NCBI GenBank assembly: GCA_951406725.2
Contig: OX597830.1
Coordinates: 54,064,001-54,128,000 of the forward strand
DNA length: 64,000 nt
Direction: 5' to 3'
Origin: Octopus vulgaris
Taxonomy: Eukaryota
Position 1 is the stretch's first letter; the number at the start of each line of letters is the position of its first letter. Below, piece by piece: positions 25,872-40,210 of this stretch. The notes beneath the pieces are model-generated. The model was given only the letters and a program-made list of their open reading frames with translations, was not told the origin of the DNA and did not search any database. The position numbers were made by a program, and so were the translations under genes.

Positions 25872-26451
25872 TTAAGTTGTTTTTTGGCTCAATTAGATAA
25901 ACAAGTTTGTCTCGTGCCCAAAAAGAATCATAAAAACACGTTACCATTTTGCAATGAAAACTGATATTGTACTTCAATGTAAAAACTGTAAGGAGAAAGG
26001 AGAAAGAAGGAAAAGTTTCTGATTGTGAATAAGAAATAAATTGTCACCTAACTCTGTGATGTTTATCATAGCTAATTATTTTTTTCTTGATGACACACAT
26101 ATATTAAATAACATTTAAAAGCGGCAAGCTGGTAGAATTGTTAGCACACCTGGCGAAATGCTTAGTGGTATTTCATCTGCCGTTACATTCTGAGTTCAAA
26201 TTCCGCTGAGGTCGACTGAGCCTTTCACCCTTTGGGGTGGGGGTCAATAAATTAAGTACCAGTTATGCAATGGAGTCGATATAATTGACTTAATCCATTT
26301 GTCTGCCCTTGTTAGTCCCCTCTGTGTTTAGCCCCTTGTGGGTAGTAAAGAAATAGGTATTTCGTCTGTCTTAACGTTCTGAGTTCAAATTCAGCCGAGG
26401 TTGACTTTGCCTTTCATCCTTTCAGGGTCGATTAAATAAGTACCAGTTACG

Positions 26452-26690
26452 CACGAGCAGGACAAGTTGGTTGGCTTGCAACTTGGTACCTGGAGGGGTA
26501 AGTCAATGTCATCCAATAATGTTGTGGGGTGTTGGACAGAAGATCCTGTTAAGTTGGTAGGGGTCTGGTATGGCTCAGATCTCAAGATAGAGAAGAATTG
26601 GAGCGAGGTCACGAGCAGGGTGACTGCCTTAACCCAGACCTGGTCTGGGCGGGCATTATCTTTGCTAGGGAGAGTGGAGGTGGTCCATCC
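26452..26690 (+). mobile_element. Tx1/L1-like LINE RT fragment
   Basis: VKLVGVWYG..KNW..V..W..RALSLLGR motif. Confidence 0.7.
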
Positions 26691-26906
26691 GGCCATCCAT
26701 ATATATATATATTGCAGTAATTTACTTTGTCCCTTATCCAAAATTTTCAGCTATTGCAAGTATATATATATAAATATATATATAAGGGATTTTTGTCAGG
26801 ATGACTCAACAAACTAACAGGTATGTATTCTAAGTACCCCACCAAAATATATGTGTGTGTGTGTGTTTCAGTGTCAAGCTATTATTTGGTCTGCTGGCCT
26901 TTATCA

Positions 26907-26952
26907 GACTATCCGATGAAGGTGAGCAACCTTAAACTTTGAAGTTACAGTC
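26907..26952 (+). ncRNA. Degenerate hammerhead motif
   Basis: gactat CCGATGA aggt gagca acct TAAAC TTTGAA GTT acagtc; two core substitutions. Confidence 0.5.
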
Positions 26953-28026
26953 ATCCATTTCATTGCAAAAGTATATACACATACACAATCACACACACTC
27001 TTACATGTTTGTATGTGTGTATTATATTGGTAACATCAAGGGACATACATGATACACACACACACACGTGTGTGTGTGTGTAAATACAAAATGGGAAGCT
27101 GAAATACATTCAGATGTGCATGCACACACAAATACAAGGAAAATTTCAGAGCTAAATTTTCATCATCATAAATTTCTTTGCCCCAACCTTTCCCCACACA
27201 ACCTCATAACCACTTTGCCCTCGAAACCTTTCACAGAAAGTACAAGATAAAACTTTAATTAATTATTAGTAGGACATGTGGCAAAACAACTGTTATCTCT
27301 TCTTGTTTCTCTCCTACCCTCCCAATCTCTATCTCTCTTTTCTTTCTTTCCCTCTTTCAACACACACACACACATACATCTTCTGTCTATATACATACAC
27401 AGGCACTGCATTGATAGTTGACGATGATATAAGATGTGAGTTGTGACAGAAAGGAATCAATCTCATGTTACATTAAATCACACTTGTGTATCTCTATTTG
27501 GATCTACTTCAATTTCTCACTCCACAAAAATGTGTTTGAGAGAGTATCATCATCATCATCATCGTTTAACATCCGCTTTCCATGCTAGCATGGGTTCAAC
27601 GATTTTGACTGAGGGCTGGCGAACCAGATGGCTGCATCAGGCTCCAATCTTGATCTGGCAGAATTTCTACAGCTGGATGCCCTTCCTAACGCCAACCACT
27701 CCAAGAGTGTAGTGGGTGCTTTTACATGTCACCGGCACGGGGCCAGTCAGGCGGCACTGGCAACGACATCGCTCGAATCTTTTACACATGCCACTGGCGC
27801 TGGTGCCACTAAGGCGATGCTGGTAACAATCACGCTCGAATGGTGTCTTTTATGTGCCACCGGCACAGAAGCCAAATAGCTGCTCTGGCAATGATCACGC
27901 TCGGATGGTGCTCTTAATGCCCCACTAGCACAGGCTTGAGTGCCAGTAATGCGACGCTGGTAATGATCACGCTCGATGTAGTATATATATATTTTCATTT
28001 ACTTGTTTCAGTAATAAGTGACAGGT

Positions 28027-28335
28027 GGAGGCGCAATGGCCCAGTGGTTAGGGCAGTGGACTCACGGTCGGAGGAATGCAGTTTCGATTCCCAGACCGGG
28101 CATTGTGTGTGTTTCGTGAGCGAAAACACATAAAAACTCCACGAGGCTCCAACAGGGGGTGGAGGCGACCCCTGTTGTACTCTTTCGCCACAACTTTCTC
28201 TCACTCTCTCTTCCTGTTTCTTGAGTAACAATGCAATGGACTGGTGTCCCGTCCAGCTGGGAGGAACACATTCGCCACAGAAACCGGGAAACTGGACCCA
28301 TGAGCCTGGCTAGGCTTCAAAAGGATGACGTTTAT
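28027..28335 (+). mobile_element. SINE family D, tail type 2
   Basis: Same ~190-bp head/body, different 3' tail. Confidence 0.8.
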
Positions 28336-28431
28336 CATTTTAATAAGTGGCAAAACATCTTACAGGAAGTACATTGTGTTCTTGAGTTTCAAGAATTGAG
28401 TAGAAGGTTTAGTGGTAGGAAGGGTATCTGG

Positions 28432-28625
28432 CACTCTTTACTTGTTTCAGTCATTTGACTGCGGCCATGCTGGAGCACCGCCTTTAGTCGAGCAAATCGA
28501 CCCCGGGACTTATTCTTTGTAAGCCCAGTACTTATTCTATCGGTCTCTTGTGCTGAACCGCTAAGTGACGGGGACGTAAACACACCAGCATCGGTTGTTA
28601 AGCAATGCTAGGGGGACAAACACAG

Positions 28626-28674
<49 letters not shown>

Positions 28675-28839
28675 TACGACAGGCTTCTTTCAGTTTCCGT
28701 CTACCAAATCCACTCACAAGGCATTGGTCGGCCCGGGGCTATAGCAGAAGACACTTGCCCAAGATGCCACGCAGTGGGACTGAACCCGGAACCATGTGGT
28801 TGGTTAGCAAGCTACTTACCACACAGCCACTCCTGCGCC
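28432..28839 (-). mobile_element. SINE family A (young copy)
   Basis: Nearly the exact reverse complement of 25093-25507. Confidence 0.9.
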
Positions 28840-29796
28840 TATAATATTGGCTGTATAATATTGTCTCAAGAAACTCGTACAAGTCATACTAGCATAAATA
28901 GGCAGATGTAAACTAATGATAATAATGACAGTGTATTTTAAGGCGGCAAGTTGGCAGAATTGTTAGCACATCGGGCAAAATGCTCAGCAAAGTTTTGTCC
29001 ATCTTTACAATCTGAGTTCAAATTCCGCCAAGGTTGACTTTGCCTTTCATCCCTTTTTTTTGGTGGGGGGGCGGGTGTCAACAAAATAAGTATTATTTGG
29101 GTACTAGGGTTGATGTAATCAACTTACCCCTCTCCTGAAATTCTAGGTCTTGTGCCAAAATTTGAAACCAATAATGATAGGGTATTTAGGACTACATTTT
29201 GCAATCTCCCTTTCTCTCTCTTTCCACACAGAAACACACACACACAAAACATGGCAGGTTTCTGTACAGTTTCCATCAACTGAATTCTGCTCATAAGACA
29301 CATCTGTCCATGATAGCAAGTTATGAGACTTTATCTCTGAAATCATGTGCTTACAAAAGTAACTTCTTAACCACACAGGCATGTGCACACACACACACAC
29401 ACACACACACACAACTTCTTTCTGTCACATTATCCTTCCTCATGTATATATGACGTACATGGTTAAACACTTAAACACACACACACACACAAAAACATGT
29501 CCCCTTCTCTTCCTCACCCTTTTTCTCTTTATCTATACATGACATATATAGTTAAAACTTGAAAATTTATGTACATGTATATCACACATACACACAGAGC
29601 AATAACCATGTTGTAAAAATGAGAACAAAAAAAAAACCCGCTAGTTCTATGGGATAGAAATCTATACGCACACACATAAACACTGATGTAATAGGCAGAG
29701 GAAAAATGTAAACATAAATTTCAGGACAGTGACCTCATTGTATAAATGGGTACAGTACATATGTATATATAAGAGAACAAAGTGTACGTACACCGC

Positions 29797-30199
<403 letters not shown>

Positions 30200-30200
<1 letters not shown>

Positions 30201-30537
30201 AAAGGGTAAAGACCCCTTCGGTCATGAATGACCATGGGATTGCACCTAGAAAGTTACCCTCCTAGACACAAGTCTGGGCAAGGTTGTTTATGGAAGACCA
30301 GCAGTCGCCCATGCATACCAGCCTCCCCTCTCCACGCCACCAGTGTTATCCAAGGGAAAGACAAAGGTCGATACAGCTTGGCACCTGTGACGTCGCAACT
30401 CATTTCTACAGCTGAGTGAACTGGAGCAACGTGAAATAAAGTGCCTTGCTCAAGAACACAACACGCAGCCCGGTCCGGGATTCGAGCTCACAACCTCACG
30501 ATCGTAAGCCCGACGCTCTAACCACTGAGCCATGCGT
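30200..30537 (-). mobile_element. tRNA-derived CORE-like SINE
   Basis: TGGCTCAGTGG A box, GCTCGAATCC B box, tgtgttcttgagcaaggcactt core; relatives at 6170-6352 (-) and 45280-45535 (+). Confidence 0.78.
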
Positions 30538-30639
30538 GTATATATATATACACACACACATATATATATACACACACATATATATATATTTATATACATA
30601 TATACATATATATATATATACATATATATATGTCTGTGC

Positions 30640-30678
<39 letters not shown>

Positions 30679-30924
30679 ATCACTTACATAAATATATGTA
30701 CATGCAGTGTGTGTGAGTAGAAGTGAGTAGGCCATTCTTTTGAAAGCGTTGGAAAAAAACAAGCATTATAATGAAGATGATAATAACTATTACCACAGAT
30801 CTTTAAATTATTGGTCAGATATAATTTTGGTTAAAAATTTTGGCACAAGGCCAGCAATTTTGGGGAAGAGGGCAAGTCTATTACATTGACTTCAGTGTTC
30901 AGCTGGAACCTATTTTATCAACCC

Positions 30925-31740
30925 TAGGACTTATTCTTTGTAAGCCTAGTACTTATCCTATCAGTCACTTTTGCTGAACCGCTAAGTTACAGGGATGTAA
31001 ACACACCAGCATCAGTTGTCAAGTGATGTTGGGGGGACAAACATATACACACACACACATTTATACGACACATATATACGACGGGCTTCTTTCAGTTTCC
31101 GTTTACCAAATCCACTCACAAGGCTTTGGTCGGCCCAAGGCTATAGTAGAAGACACTTGCCCAAGGTGCCATGCAGTGGGACTGAACCCAGAACCATGTG
31201 GTTGGTAAGCAAGCTACTTACCATACAGCCACTCCTACGCCATCTGGAGACTAATGAAGTTGACATGACTCTTGTTCCCTTATCATTCATTAACTAGTAT
31301 GCTATGTAGAATGAGCTCTAGCAACTGGTTATTAGTATTACTAAGCCCTAAGTGAAATTATCATTCATATATGTATACACACACACACATTTATATATAT
31401 GTTTATCTTTTATCATTTACTTGTTTCAGTCATTAGAATTTTTAATCAAATGAATTCAATCCAAGTACTTGTTTTTATTCCAAGCCTAGTACTTATTCTA
31501 TCGGTCTCTTTTGTCAAACCACTAAGTTACAGGGGATGTAAACACACCAACACTGGTTGTCAAGCGGTGGCTGGGGACAAATACAGACACACAAACTTCT
31601 TTCGGTTTCCATCTATCAAATCCAGTCACAAGACCTTGGCCAGCCCAAAGGCTAAAGTACACGACACTTGTCCATAGTGCTGCACAGTTGAACTGAACTC
31701 AGAACCATGTGGTTGGGAAGCAAGCTTCTTACCACACAGC
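30925..31740 (-). mobile_element. Two SINE family A copies (30925-31241, 31428-31740)
   Basis: Similarity to the other copies. Confidence 0.8.
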
Positions 31741-34700
31741 TGTGTCCCTTAACTCTTTAGCACGTAAACCGGCTATATCTGGCCTAAATATTTTATCTCT
31801 GTTTTATGTTCAAACGGATTAGCATTTCCACATTGAGAGTTTTATTCCAAATTTTCTCATCAAAGAACTTGTTTTCAACCAGAAACAAACCTCTTTCATT
31901 AGAATTTAGACAGCATTAACTAGGTAGTTATGCATGTGAGTATATGTATGTCTGTATGTCAAATTATGCCTATATGTCTGAATGTATGTGTATTTGTATG
32001 TATGTGGTTTCATATATGTGTATGTGTGTATGAATGCACGTATCTTTATGCTTGTATGTCTATATGTGTGGGTGTATATATATATATATATATATGAATA
32101 AGTGTGTATGTATGTATATAAGTGCATGTATGAATATTTGTATGTATCCACACAATATATGTATGCTGTGTGTGTGAATCTATCTACTTTCACTTATGTA
32201 TGTGTATGCATGTGTGAATGTATTCATATCTTTGACACATTACAGACAGCCTTAAACTTCAAAAATGTTTTACATAGTTTTACAATTCCATTAAAAGCAT
32301 CTAATTATAATTTCCTAATTAACCATGACATTTTTGGCATTGTGAAGTTCAACTTCAAGATCAGTGCTGAGTCAGTTAGTTATACATAACTAAAGTACCC
32401 CCAATAATTACTGGTATATGATGAAGTGACCAGTTGAAAACCTGGAGTAATATTATTAAGTTGGATCTTGAATCAATACCTGGTTCTCACATTTATAATG
32501 ACTGCCAGTGGAATTACGTCTTACCAATCATCTCTATGTCAGGTGTCTATGATCACTAGTCATGGTCAGTTTCTGTGGACTACTTGGATGCCATTGTCCA
32601 AACCCATCCCAGATAAATGCTGACACAAGAGCAAGTACAGTAATTAGCTGGAATCATCATCATCATCATCGTTTAACGTCCGCTTTCCATGCTAGCATGG
32701 GTTGGACGGTTTGACTGAGGTCTGGCGAACCAGATGGTTGCACCAGGCTCCAATCTTGATTTGGCAGAGTTTCTACGGCTGGATTCCATTCCTAACACCA
32801 ACCACTCCGAGAGTGTAGTGGGTGCTTTTTACGGCACGGGGGGGGGGGGGGTAGTCTGGCGGTACTGGCAAAATAGAACACACTGAGCTTCATTTTACTC
32901 CAGCTTGCTTGACTGATGCAAAACAAGTTTCACCTCCCACCTTCAACTCCACCCACCAGCCTTACTTCATGCTGAAGCATTCAGCTGTAAAAGTATTTGT
33001 TCCAACTATGAATAAATAAGTAATGTGATTGTAAACGTAATGAACAGTTTTTGTATTAATTTTAGATATCAAAAGATACTACGTATTCTCTTCTTTCTGT
33101 AGCTGACCCACTTTACTGTCGCTTCTAATCACGCTCACACTTTTACACTGATGATGATGACACCAGTCATCACTTTTACTTAATATTCCACACACAGGTA
33201 TCGGTCAGAAAAACAGCAGTAGAGATAACCTTTTACACACTCCTAAACACCTCATTGAAAAGTTCAACTACTTGTATGATTGGAGACCTTGGAAACCTTG
33301 TCTAATTGGGGGGGGGGGGCATGACAACTCTGTTCTTTCAATAGCACCAACACACGTGTAACACACCTCTTTAATGATCAACAAACAACTAAAAACTTTC
33401 ACAGTCAACACATGCTAAATACACATCATCAGCATCATTGTCACCATCATCATTTAACATTTGTCTTCCATATTGGCATGGGTTGGATGATTTGGCAGGA
33501 TTCAATGGGATGCAGGGCTTTGTCGAATCTCATTGTCTGTTTTGGAATGGTTTCTACAATTGGATGCCCTTCCTAATGCCAGCTACTTTACAGAGTCTAC
33601 TGGCTGCTTTTCTTATGACACTGACACTAGTATAGTTGACAAGTAACTTGCAAGAGAAAGAGAAGGGTAAGTCCTCATGACTAAGTGGTGGTGGTGGTGC
33701 AGGTTGTATTGAAGATACAGGTGGCGAGAGGCTAAAATATGATAGAGGGACAAGCACTGGTATCTTACTCCAGAGGAGAGATACATGGCTACCCAACTTT
33801 ATATAAGAGTATTTCTTTATTCACCATAAGGTTGAGAAAAAGAGGGGACGATATGAGGACAGACAAAACAAACATTGGGGTTAGGGTATCAAACGTGATA
33901 GAGTGACAGAGAGTAATTGGAAAGATAAAGATGGCGATGATAAGGTGCCAGAATGAACTTGAGGGACAAGAAATGAGTATAAGGAAGAATACAGACAGTG
34001 GATGAAGGGAGGAAGGAGAGAGTGGGTAATTTCACAAGAGTCACTGAATTTTCATGGTGTTTCAATATGTAGAACATTGTCAAAAATATATCGCAAAAGT
34101 TAGACAGCATCTTTAACTCTTCAAATAACAACCCCACCTATAACTGCCCCTTGACTGACATCTTATAACATGAATGGTGCCTAGAGATTTCAGTTAGTCA
34201 ACACCAACATAATGTATCAATATATAAAGTTAGGAAGGTGACAAGCTGGCAGAATCATTACTGTGATGGGCAACATGCTTAGCAGTATCTTATCAATCTT
34301 TGAGCTCTGAGTTCAAATCTCACCATTTGCCTTTTATCCTTTCAATTGAGTACTGGGTGGGGGTCAATGTAATTGACTTACCTCCTCCCCCAAAATTGCT
34401 GGCCTTGTGCCAAAATTTAAAACTAATGTATAAAAGCCATGGTTATTTTGAATGCTCTTTGAACAACAGGTAGTCTACTCTTTAGAAATATAATCACGAA
34501 AGAGCTAATTAAAGTCCCAAAAATACCTTAGCCCTGCTTGTTAACCTACTACAAAGTTCAAGTGTGTCCCACATGAGTACTGCTAACATATCTAAGACAA
34601 TATTGCTGCTATACTAACCAAAATTCCTTGATCATATATATAAATGCAAACGTGTAGCTTTTTTGTGCATTTTGTTTGCAGAAAATAAAGAAATAACAGT

Positions 34701-37246
34701 AATAACATTTAATAAATGTTGCTTACTGCAAATTATGGATAATTCTTTTATGACTTCATTGCTTTCAGGCTTAGCTTAAAGTATTTTTGCGCCCAACATC
34801 GCAAAATGTGTCTGAATACACATTGCCAGACAGCAAATAGAGAATCGGACATTGCTTAGAAAATATTTTTCATTTTTAACCTCGTATATAGTACGCACTA
34901 GGGATTTTGACCTTTAAATTTTGGGGAAAAAAATGCGGATTATACTCGAGGATTTACGGTATCTGATTTTCATTCGAAATGCCATGCATTTTATTCTCTG
35001 ATAATCTTCTAGATCTTGCATCAAAACAGTTTGTGCAGGCTTTGCTTCTCCCTGTAGCTTATTCCCTGCCTTAATTTCTTATTGAACATCAACTTCCTCA
35101 ATTACATTTGGTCAAAAGTCAGAAGCACTGAACTCCTCCACTTCCTCCTCTTGTAGCTTATTCAAAAACAAAAGTGACAGTGTAAGTACCAAAAGAGTAA
35201 AGAAAATTATCTGTTTAGTCGTATGTCAAGAACAATAGGTAAAACAAACTTGTTCACTGTAACATATAGGTACAAGATCAATATTGTTCTGCTCCAGAAC
35301 ACTGCCTACCTAACTGCGAGTAATAAGTAGCAGATCGATGTAGTTGGATCTTTGACCACAGTCCACTAATCAGACAAACCAACAGATCAGTGTGATTCAA
35401 TCTCAGGCCAAAGTCTACCAACCAGTCCACCTCCGTAACAGGTATCAGGTACCACATGTGAACTTGTATTTCCACTGAAAATCTGAACATGAATTCCATC
35501 CACACTTCAACAGTGAATGGTGGCTATGGCGATGGCGTCCGCACTATCAGATGTGTGTGCTCTCACAATGGGGCATTTGTCAAACATGCAACATCACTTT
35601 TTGGGTAGTGTTTGATGGGGTCAGCATTTGTGAGGGACGTGGTGAACTCAATGGTCATAGGTGGCTCAGCCCACTCTGGGTGAATGTACCATAAGTACAA
35701 CTAGGTACTAGATCAATGTGATTCCTCCTCATACCATAGTTTACTAGTCATATAACTCAGCTGTCAGTAATCAGTACCAGAATTAGTAGAACACCGTAAA
35801 AACTAGCTTCAAATATTTGTTTTGACTCTTTATGTTCTGAGTTCAAATCCTGCCGAGACCAACTTTGTCTTTTCAGGGACTGATAAAATAAAGAACCAGT
35901 CAAATACTGGGATCAGTGGTATTGACTACCCTCTTCCCCTAAAATTACTGGCCTTGTATATATGTATGTATATATGATAGAAAGAATTTTGCTATTGTTA
36001 GCAGAAAATTCACTGCAGCAAAGGAGATGTAAAATGTCAGATAGAATGGTTTGCAATACCAAGCTCCATTATGGAGATGAGCTGGCAGAATCATTAGCAT
36101 GTTGGGCAAAATGCTTAGCAGCATTTCATCCCTCTTTATGTTCTCAATACAAATTCTGCCAAGGTTGACTTTGCCTTTTATCCTTTCAGGGTTGATTAAG
36201 TACCAGCTGAGCACTGGGGTTGATGTAATCAACTTACTCCCGCCTCCAAAGTTGCTGGCCTTGTGCTAAAATTTAAAACCACACCGGCACGGGGGCCAGG
36301 CGAGGCTGGCAACGGACATGAACGGATGGTGCTTTTACGTGCCACCGGCATGGGGGCCAGGCGAGGCTGGCAACGGACACGAGCGGATGGCGCTTTTACA
36401 TGCACCATCCGCTCGTGTCCGTTGCCAGCCTCGCCTGGCCCCCATGCTGGTGGCACGTAAAAGCACCATCTGTTCGTGGCCGTTTGCCAGCTCTGTCTGG
36501 CACCTGTGCGGGTGACACGTAAAAAGCACCCACTACACTCACGGAGTGGTTGGCGTTAGGAAGGGCATCCAGCCGTAGAAACACTGCCAGATCTGACTGG
36601 GCCTGATGAAGCTTTCCGGCTTCACAGACCCCAGTTGAACCGTCCAACCCATGCTAGCATGGAAAATGGACGCTAAATGATGATGATGATGATGATTAAG
36701 TCTCATTGTATTTACGTGAAAGTTACTCCAGACTGACCAAGCTGGTCTAGAATGTCTGGGCTAAATCCAACAGGCTAAAGCCTTACCCTACTCCCCACAT
36801 CACCTGGAGATTTTTGACCTAAGAAACCTAAAGAATCAATACAATGGTTTGCATACATTGTTGTTTGAATAGTTCTCATTCTTTAAACACACCCAACTAC
36901 AGTTACTGCTGCTACTACTATTATTTGTAGTAATAGAAGTCAACTATTACTTGTAGTAATAGTAATCATTAAGGAAGTTTATTGTGTGATCACTTACTCA
37001 TACAAGACACACCCTCATCTTATCTACAGTCTTAAAAACTGTAATCTAGGTACACCATCATTTCAGATCCGGGTTTTCTAAAGCAATATTTTACACCTGC
37101 TGCCAACCCTTTTAGAATAGGGACATGGTGTACCTATTCTTAAACTATAAACCCTGAGCAAGGAGAGAGAAATTTACATGAAGAGAACGCAGAGTAAATT
37201 ATTTCAGTTTCTGTAAATTAAATTCACTAATGGTAATGATTAGTTC

Positions 37247-37473
37247 AGCGGTGAGCTGGCAGAATCGTTAGCACGCCGGGCGAAATGCTTAGCGGCATTT
37301 CGTCTGCCATTATGTTCTGAGTTCAAATTCCATTGAGATCGACTTTGCCTTTCATCCTTTCGGGGGTCAATTAAATAAGTACCAGTTACGCACTGGGGTT
37401 GATATAATTGACTTGATCTGTTTGTCCTTGTTTGTCCTCTCTGTGTTTAGCCCCTTGTGGGTAGTAAAGAAAT
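37247..37473 (+). mobile_element. SINE family B with 15-bp TSD
   Basis: TSD ggtaatgattagttc on both sides. Confidence 0.88.
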
Positions 37474-37767
37474 AGGTAATGATTAGTTCTGAGTCATAGT
37501 AGAAGACATTTGCCCAAGCTGCCACATAATGAGACTGAACCTGAAACCTTGTGGTTGAGAAGTTAATTTCATACATGTACAGACATATCTGTGCCTAGTT
37601 AGGGATTAACTCCAGATTAAATCTGATCGTGTGGACCCATGACCAGAGGTATTCCAGTTGCAACAATTGCTTGGCTTTAGGGATAACTAGGACTACATTG
37701 CTGTTTAACTCCAGGAAACATCATTTCTAGCTGGCTATACGACATAATATCTGTGTCCTTATATTGT

Positions 37768-38146
37768 GGAGGTGCAATGGCCCAGTGGATAGGGCAGCGG
37801 ACTCGCAGTCATAGGATCGCGGTTTCGATTCCTAGACCGTTGTGAGTGTTTATTGAGCGAAAACACCTAAAGCTCCACGAGGCTCCGGCAAGGATGGTGG
37901 TGATCCCAGCTGTACTCTTTCACCACAACTTTCTCTCACTCTTACTTCCTGTTTCTGTTGTACCTGTATTTCAAAGGGCCGGCCTTGTCACTCTCTGTGT
38001 CACGCTGAATATCCCCGAGAACTACGTTAAGGGTACACGTGTCTGTGGAGTGCTCAGCCACTTACATGTTAATTTCACGAGCAGGCTGTTCCGTTGATTC
38101 GGATCAACCGGAACCCTCGTCGTCGTAACCGACGGAGTGCTTCCAG
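37768..38146 (+). mobile_element. SINE family D, tail type 3
   Basis: Same head/body, third 3' tail. Confidence 0.8.
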
Positions 38147-39779
38147 ATTCCAGATATATTTTTAAATAGGGAATTCAGCAATCCAATCCAGTGCAAAACA
38201 ACATCTGTGGACCGGTTTCTGGAGCCGCATTATGTTGGCAAATAGCTTTTACTTTAAGGAACTCCTACTGAATAACTCTCTTTGAGAGATTTAGAAATAA
38301 TAATATTTCTATTTTATTAGGACTATATTATTTTGCATCAATTCCTATTAAGACAGGAGAGTGTGATGTAAGAGGCAAGTGACTGTTATTCTAGCATGAG
38401 TAGTGGTTATGTAATGGCTCTATTGTTAGCTCTTTAAGACAATAATTACTGATAGAATAAAAAAAAATATTCTTTCATCCGTGTATATATACACATCTGT
38501 ATGTACATACATGTTTTTATACATTAAGAGTACATACCTATTTACACATGCACAAATGTGTTGTGTGTATATGTATAATTATATATATATGTATAAGGAT
38601 TCCTTGAATCAATTCTGGCTGGCAAGTCTGTCAATAAATCCGGGATGTTATATAAACAGTCTTTATAACACGGAAGGGTGGGGGGCTGTTATTCAAGTTG
38701 GTTATTTGTAACTATAGCGACTCATTTCTAATGCTATCAACAAAATTATCACTATCACCATCTTCGTCATCATCATCTTCTGTCTGATTTTCCATATTTG
38801 GAAACATCTCCAGCATCTCACCATTAGCTGTGGTCTTTTATCATCTATAGATTCCAGCCATTGGTATTACTTGATACTTATTTACCCAACTATTAACCTT
38901 CACAAGCGTCATATGCCTGCTCATCCTTTTTCCTCACATACTTCATCTGATCCCTCTTGCAGCCATTTTTTTTTTCTCTAAACACATTTTAGGCAAGGTA
39001 TGATAATCAGGTGTTAATACAGGGAGTGTGATGTACCCATTTTTCACCATCATCCAAGTACAATTACATATATGGTAGAGAAGGCTCACATCATTTCATT
39101 CCCAGCCTTCCCATCTCTATCCCCTGCATTCAAGACTCATGTTTCACTTCCATGGAACATTGAACTTTGTACATAAACACCAATACAACCTGTACTTCTA
39201 CAGAGAGAGAGAGATAATTTTTTTTTGTTATATGTAGAAGTTCCAATTCCCTAAACTTGTTTCCACTGTTCTTACACTTGCTACCATTCTTTAGGAGGAC
39301 CTTCTCCACTGCCAACTTGCACTGATTCAAGTAATGGAAGCCATCATATCAACTTCTGTGACTTCAGGCTGCTGGGTTTCACTAAAGAGGTCACTAAAGG
39401 ACCACAATAAGTGTTGAGATCATAATATTTTTTTATGTCTAAGAGGAAAAAGGACAGCAGTGTCTGATGATTTTTTTTTTTTTCTGGTTTTCAAAGACTA
39501 ATGAGGAAAAGTTATATTCTTGGCCTATATGTTTCTAACAAAATGGATTCCTCTTACAGCAACTGAGGGCCAGGGGGTACTGTTAAACAGGGCTAAAGAT
39601 TAAGTCTATACTCAAAGACAGGCTATGCTAAAAGACGTTTCCCCATGTTTCATAACCAGTTATGAAACCATTTTCTAACCTAAACTGTCTCACGATTAGG
39701 CTCATCTGCAGTGGTCAGTTAAAAATAAGGCAAGGCATGATACAATCAGGTGCTAATACATGGAGTGTGATGTACCCAT

Positions 39780-40210
39780 TTTTCACCTCCACTTGATATC
39801 AGCCCCTTTCTGGGTGGGACTGTTCATAATATTGTCTCAGTTTCTATACACTTGGAGGGCCGAATTGAATGTGATCCCAAGTAAATTAACTGGACCATCA
39901 GTCCAGCACTCCACAATGCTGGTTAACCTGGACTTCTCTTTCCAGGAGCAAGCTGTCAGGTTAACAACTTCAGTTAACTTTTGTTCCCATTATGTCCTTA
40001 TCTCTCTTTAGAATAGTCCTGACTATCACGATGTCCATAGTGACCAACTTCCTTGAGATGTTGTCCACAAATACCAATATGGTTTTTTTTTCAATTTCCA
40101 GCTTCCAAAACAGTAATTCAAGAATTAGTAGACACAGACGACTTGAGAAAAAACACTCTTGACAAACCAAACCTGATTAGAAATGGTTATGATAGGTGAT
40201 TACCAGGTAG
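39780..40210 (-). mobile_element. Degenerate Tx1/L1-like fragment
   Basis: Similar to the reverse complement of 26452-26690 (ggaccatcagtccagcactccacaatg); more decayed pieces probably at 39130-39450 and 35280-35700. Confidence 0.45.

Noticed and set aside
30460-30537. tRNA genes (also 15050, 19303, 28027, 37768, 45280)
   Set aside because: A/B boxes run straight into repeat bodies with no complete acceptor stem or terminator; these are SINE heads.
32998-33363. Possible solo LTR (TGT...ACA)
   Set aside because: No target-site duplication, second copy or PBS/PPT seen.
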